The notes beneath the pieces were generated by a model. It had not been told where the DNA came from. It worked only from the letters and a program-made list of their open reading frames with translations, and made no database searches. The position numbers and the translations under genes are program-made. Shown here piece by piece: positions 60,987 to 64,000 of a stretch of DNA of 64,000 bases (within the stretch, counting starts at the first letter, position 1; each line of letters opens with the position of its first letter). The stretch covers positions 193,440,001-193,504,000 of the forward strand of contig OX597814.1 in the NCBI GenBank assembly GCA_951406725.2. The letters run 5' to 3'. Origin of the DNA: Octopus vulgaris. Taxonomy: Eukaryota.

Positions 60987-61235
60987 GGAGGTGCGTGGCT
61001 TAGTGGTTAGGGTGTCAGCATCATGATCGTAAGATTGTGGTTTCGATTCCTGGATCGGGCGATGCGTTATGTTCTTGAGCAAAACACTTCATTTCACGTT
61101 GCTCCAGTCCACTCAGCTGGCAAAAATGAGTAACGCTGCGATGGACTGGCGTCCCGTCCAGCTGGGGAACACATACGCCATTGAAACCGGGAAACTGGGC
61201 CCATAAGCCTGGCTAGGTTTTAAAAGGGCGCTTTA
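60987..61235 (+). mobile_element. tRNA-derived SINE, family D (second copy 46052-46300)
   Basis: TGGCTTAGTGG A box and GTTTCGATTCC B box; near-identical body in both copies. Confidence 0.8.
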
Positions 61236-62216
61236 TTTTTTTATATTTTTTTAGTCATTAGACTGCAGCCATAAGACAGCGAGCTGGCAGAAACATTAGA
61301 ACTAAGGGCGAAATACTTAGCGGTATTTCGTCTGTCTTTACGCTCTTAGTTCAAATTCCGCTAAGGTCTACTTTGCCTCTCATCATTTCCGTGTCGATAA
61401 ATTAAATACCAGTTGCGTACTGGGGTCGATCTAATTGACTGGCCCCTCCCCCAAACTTTCAGGCCTTGTGCCTAGAGTAGAAAAGAATTAGACTGCTGGG
61501 GCACTGCTTTGAAGAATTTTAGCCAAATGAATCAAGCCCAGGACTTTTTTTTGAAGCCTGGTACTTATTCTCTCGGTCTCTTTTGTCGAACCGCTCCGTT
61601 ACGGGGGAGGTAAACAGACCAGTACTGACTGTCACGCGGTGGGACAACACACAGACACAGACACACACGTACATATACAAGTGGATGTGTGGTAAGAAGT
61701 TTACTTCCAAACTACATGGTTCCGGGTTCAGTCCCCTTGCATGGCACCTTGGAGCAAGTGTCTTCTATTATAGCCTCGATAGATGGAAACTGAAAGAATC
61801 CCATAGTATGTATATATATATGTGTGTGTATTTGTGTGTCTGTCCTCCACCATTGCTTGACAACCGATGTTGGAGTGCTTAAGTCCCCCGTAACTTAGCA
61901 GTTCGGCAAAAGAGAACGATAGAGTAAGTACTGGACATACTCAGAATAAGTTCTCGGGTTGATTTGTTAGACTAAAGGTGGTGATCCAGCATGACCACCG
62001 TCAGAATGACTGAAGCGTGTAAAAGAATAAAAGAAAGCATATATATAGTATTAATTTGAAAGAGACAAGTTCCAGGGTCAATAATACTCCTAATCAAAGT
62101 CGGATAAGTAATTGCATAAATACATATAGATAAATTAAGAAGTCCGAGCTGATGTGATAACAGTTCCCGATAATCCAAAAGAGAAGTCCTCAAATGAATT
62201 CAATAAATAGAAAGAG

Positions 62217-62302
62217 TCTTACGGCCGTTTCCGAGAATGTGCGAAGAAGTGTGTAGGTAAGACCTTTTGAACTTCGGTAATCCACATATCCTCTATCAGA
62301 GA
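62217..62302 (-). ncRNA. Decayed hammerhead motif in AT-rich PLE-type remnant
   Basis: UCU-CUGAUAG...GAAAC-GGCC-GUA^AGA; core altered. Confidence 0.5.
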
Positions 62303-63391
62303 ATGTGTACGGATTTGGAATTTTTAAATAAAATCATAAAATTATTCGTGGGATTGTAAAAATATGCTTAAGAATATAGTTATTATATACAAATATAAAC
62401 ATTTCATAAATTCCGGGATTCCATGTTGTTGGGCGAATGTTCATAGTGTAAGAAAAATTTCAAAAAAAAAAAAGATAAATAAATAAAACAAATTACGAGG
62501 TTTATGAAATATGTGCTAATATAAACTAGGACGAGTTCAAAATTTGGTGGGATAAGATGATTAAAATGTATAGATAAAATAATGATTATACTGAGAAGAA
62601 TTTAAAAGTAGAAAAGTACTTATGTCGACATGAAATCAAACACTCTGAGATCTTGTGTAAGAATAAAAAGAGTGGTTACCTAGTTACTTACACTTGGAAG
62701 ACAATATGTAGAGTGTAGTCTTCAACTATCTAGAATAAAATCTACTGGGAGTTGTCGACTGTATTGTAGTTAATAGTGATAAATCTACTAAATTCTCAAT
62801 ATACTGGAACCATATATCCAGCTTTATCTACACAAAAAGGTAGGGTGTAGGTTAGTAATAAGGGAATGCCTGATGGGAAAGGGGTGATAATTGGAAGAAA
62901 GAAGGATAAGAAGGGCCATTTGGATTATTATGTTAAAGGGGCAGATAATGAAAAACCAAAGGGATAAGCAATATAAATTCAGAGAATAAGGGAGGTAGTA
63001 TATTATAACCTAGCAAATTTGTAATGTTAAAGCTAGAAAATTAAAATCAAGGCTAGAAGGCTAGAAATTAAATTCAAAATTTAATAACGGGATACTTTAA
63101 TGTATAAGAAAACATATATTAAAGCTTTTCATAAATATAGTGTATAGATCATGATAGACATATTCTCTAATGAATGTGTAACGGAATTAAATTATCAAAC
63201 AAATATAAACTTATAGTATACGTTAAACTAATATAAGAACTATTCGCTTCATTGCGGGTGGATAAATATAGGAAATCGTAAGAAATGGTATCCAATATAC
63301 GGGGTAGTAAAATTAGAGATATTTCAAAAGTATAAGGGAGTATGTTCAGATACAATATTTAATCAATATCATCTATATATATAAACTGAGG

Positions 63392-63452
<61 letters not shown>

Positions 63453-64000
63453 TGTGTGTGTGTGCGTGTGTGTGTGTGTGTAAACCCTGCAGAACTTCTG
63501 AAGTTCGCAATTGATTTTCTCGAAACTGAGAACATACATTACTTATGTTCCAGAAATGGTTTTAGACTCTTAAAATTTTCCACATAATGAGTAATGGGGC
63601 TCCTGGGGGGCAGAAAACCCCCTTTCTTGGGGTACGTACGATTGCCCGCATGGTCCACGCATTGCTTCTGTCCAAACTGGAAAAACAGCTACTGAAATGA
63701 TATAAGTAGGCTGTATTAAATGGACGAACCGATGTAGACTTCAAACTGCAATGTAGACTTCAAACTAAGTGGTAGCAATAATAGCCGGTTCCCATAGTCC
63801 CATTATTGGAATGAGAACTGTTTGGAACGCACTATGTTTATAATGAAAAATATGCTAAAATATGTTAAATCCTGAGCAACTATTTTCTTTTAGCTTCAGT
63901 ATCAAAGTCTTCCTTCTAAGCATAGATGAAGCCCATACAAATATTCTTCAGCTATTGGTTACAAACCAAAATATTGCATGTACATTAACCTACTAATTTA

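Overview
AT-rich eukaryotic DNA saturated with microsatellites; the SINE families, simple-repeat load and IL-17-like gene point to a cephalopod, most likely Octopus (inferred). Most ORFs in the supplied track are microsatellite or transposon noise. One real gene can be assembled on the minus strand: a two-exon secreted IL-17-like cystine-knot cytokine (24-nt exon 1 at 31864-31841, 3.9-kb intron, exon 2 at 27921-27511, 144 aa). The promoter, 5'UTR and exon 1 of a second tandem paralog lie at about 3067-3471, and its exon 2 is probably left of the window. The rest is decayed mobile DNA: tRNA-derived SINEs, R4/Dong-like retrotransposons nested in (TAA)n, RTE and CR1/L2-group LINE ends, Penelope-like elements (PLEs), Tc1/mariner relics, Helitron-type elements, MITEs and a probable solo LTR. 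The least obvious signal is about 16 hammerhead-ribozyme (HHR) motifs at about 12 loci in unrelated sequence families, several in tandem or fold-back units, including an apparently perfect 335-bp palindrome. All alignments and folds were done by eye, and TE boundaries are approximate.
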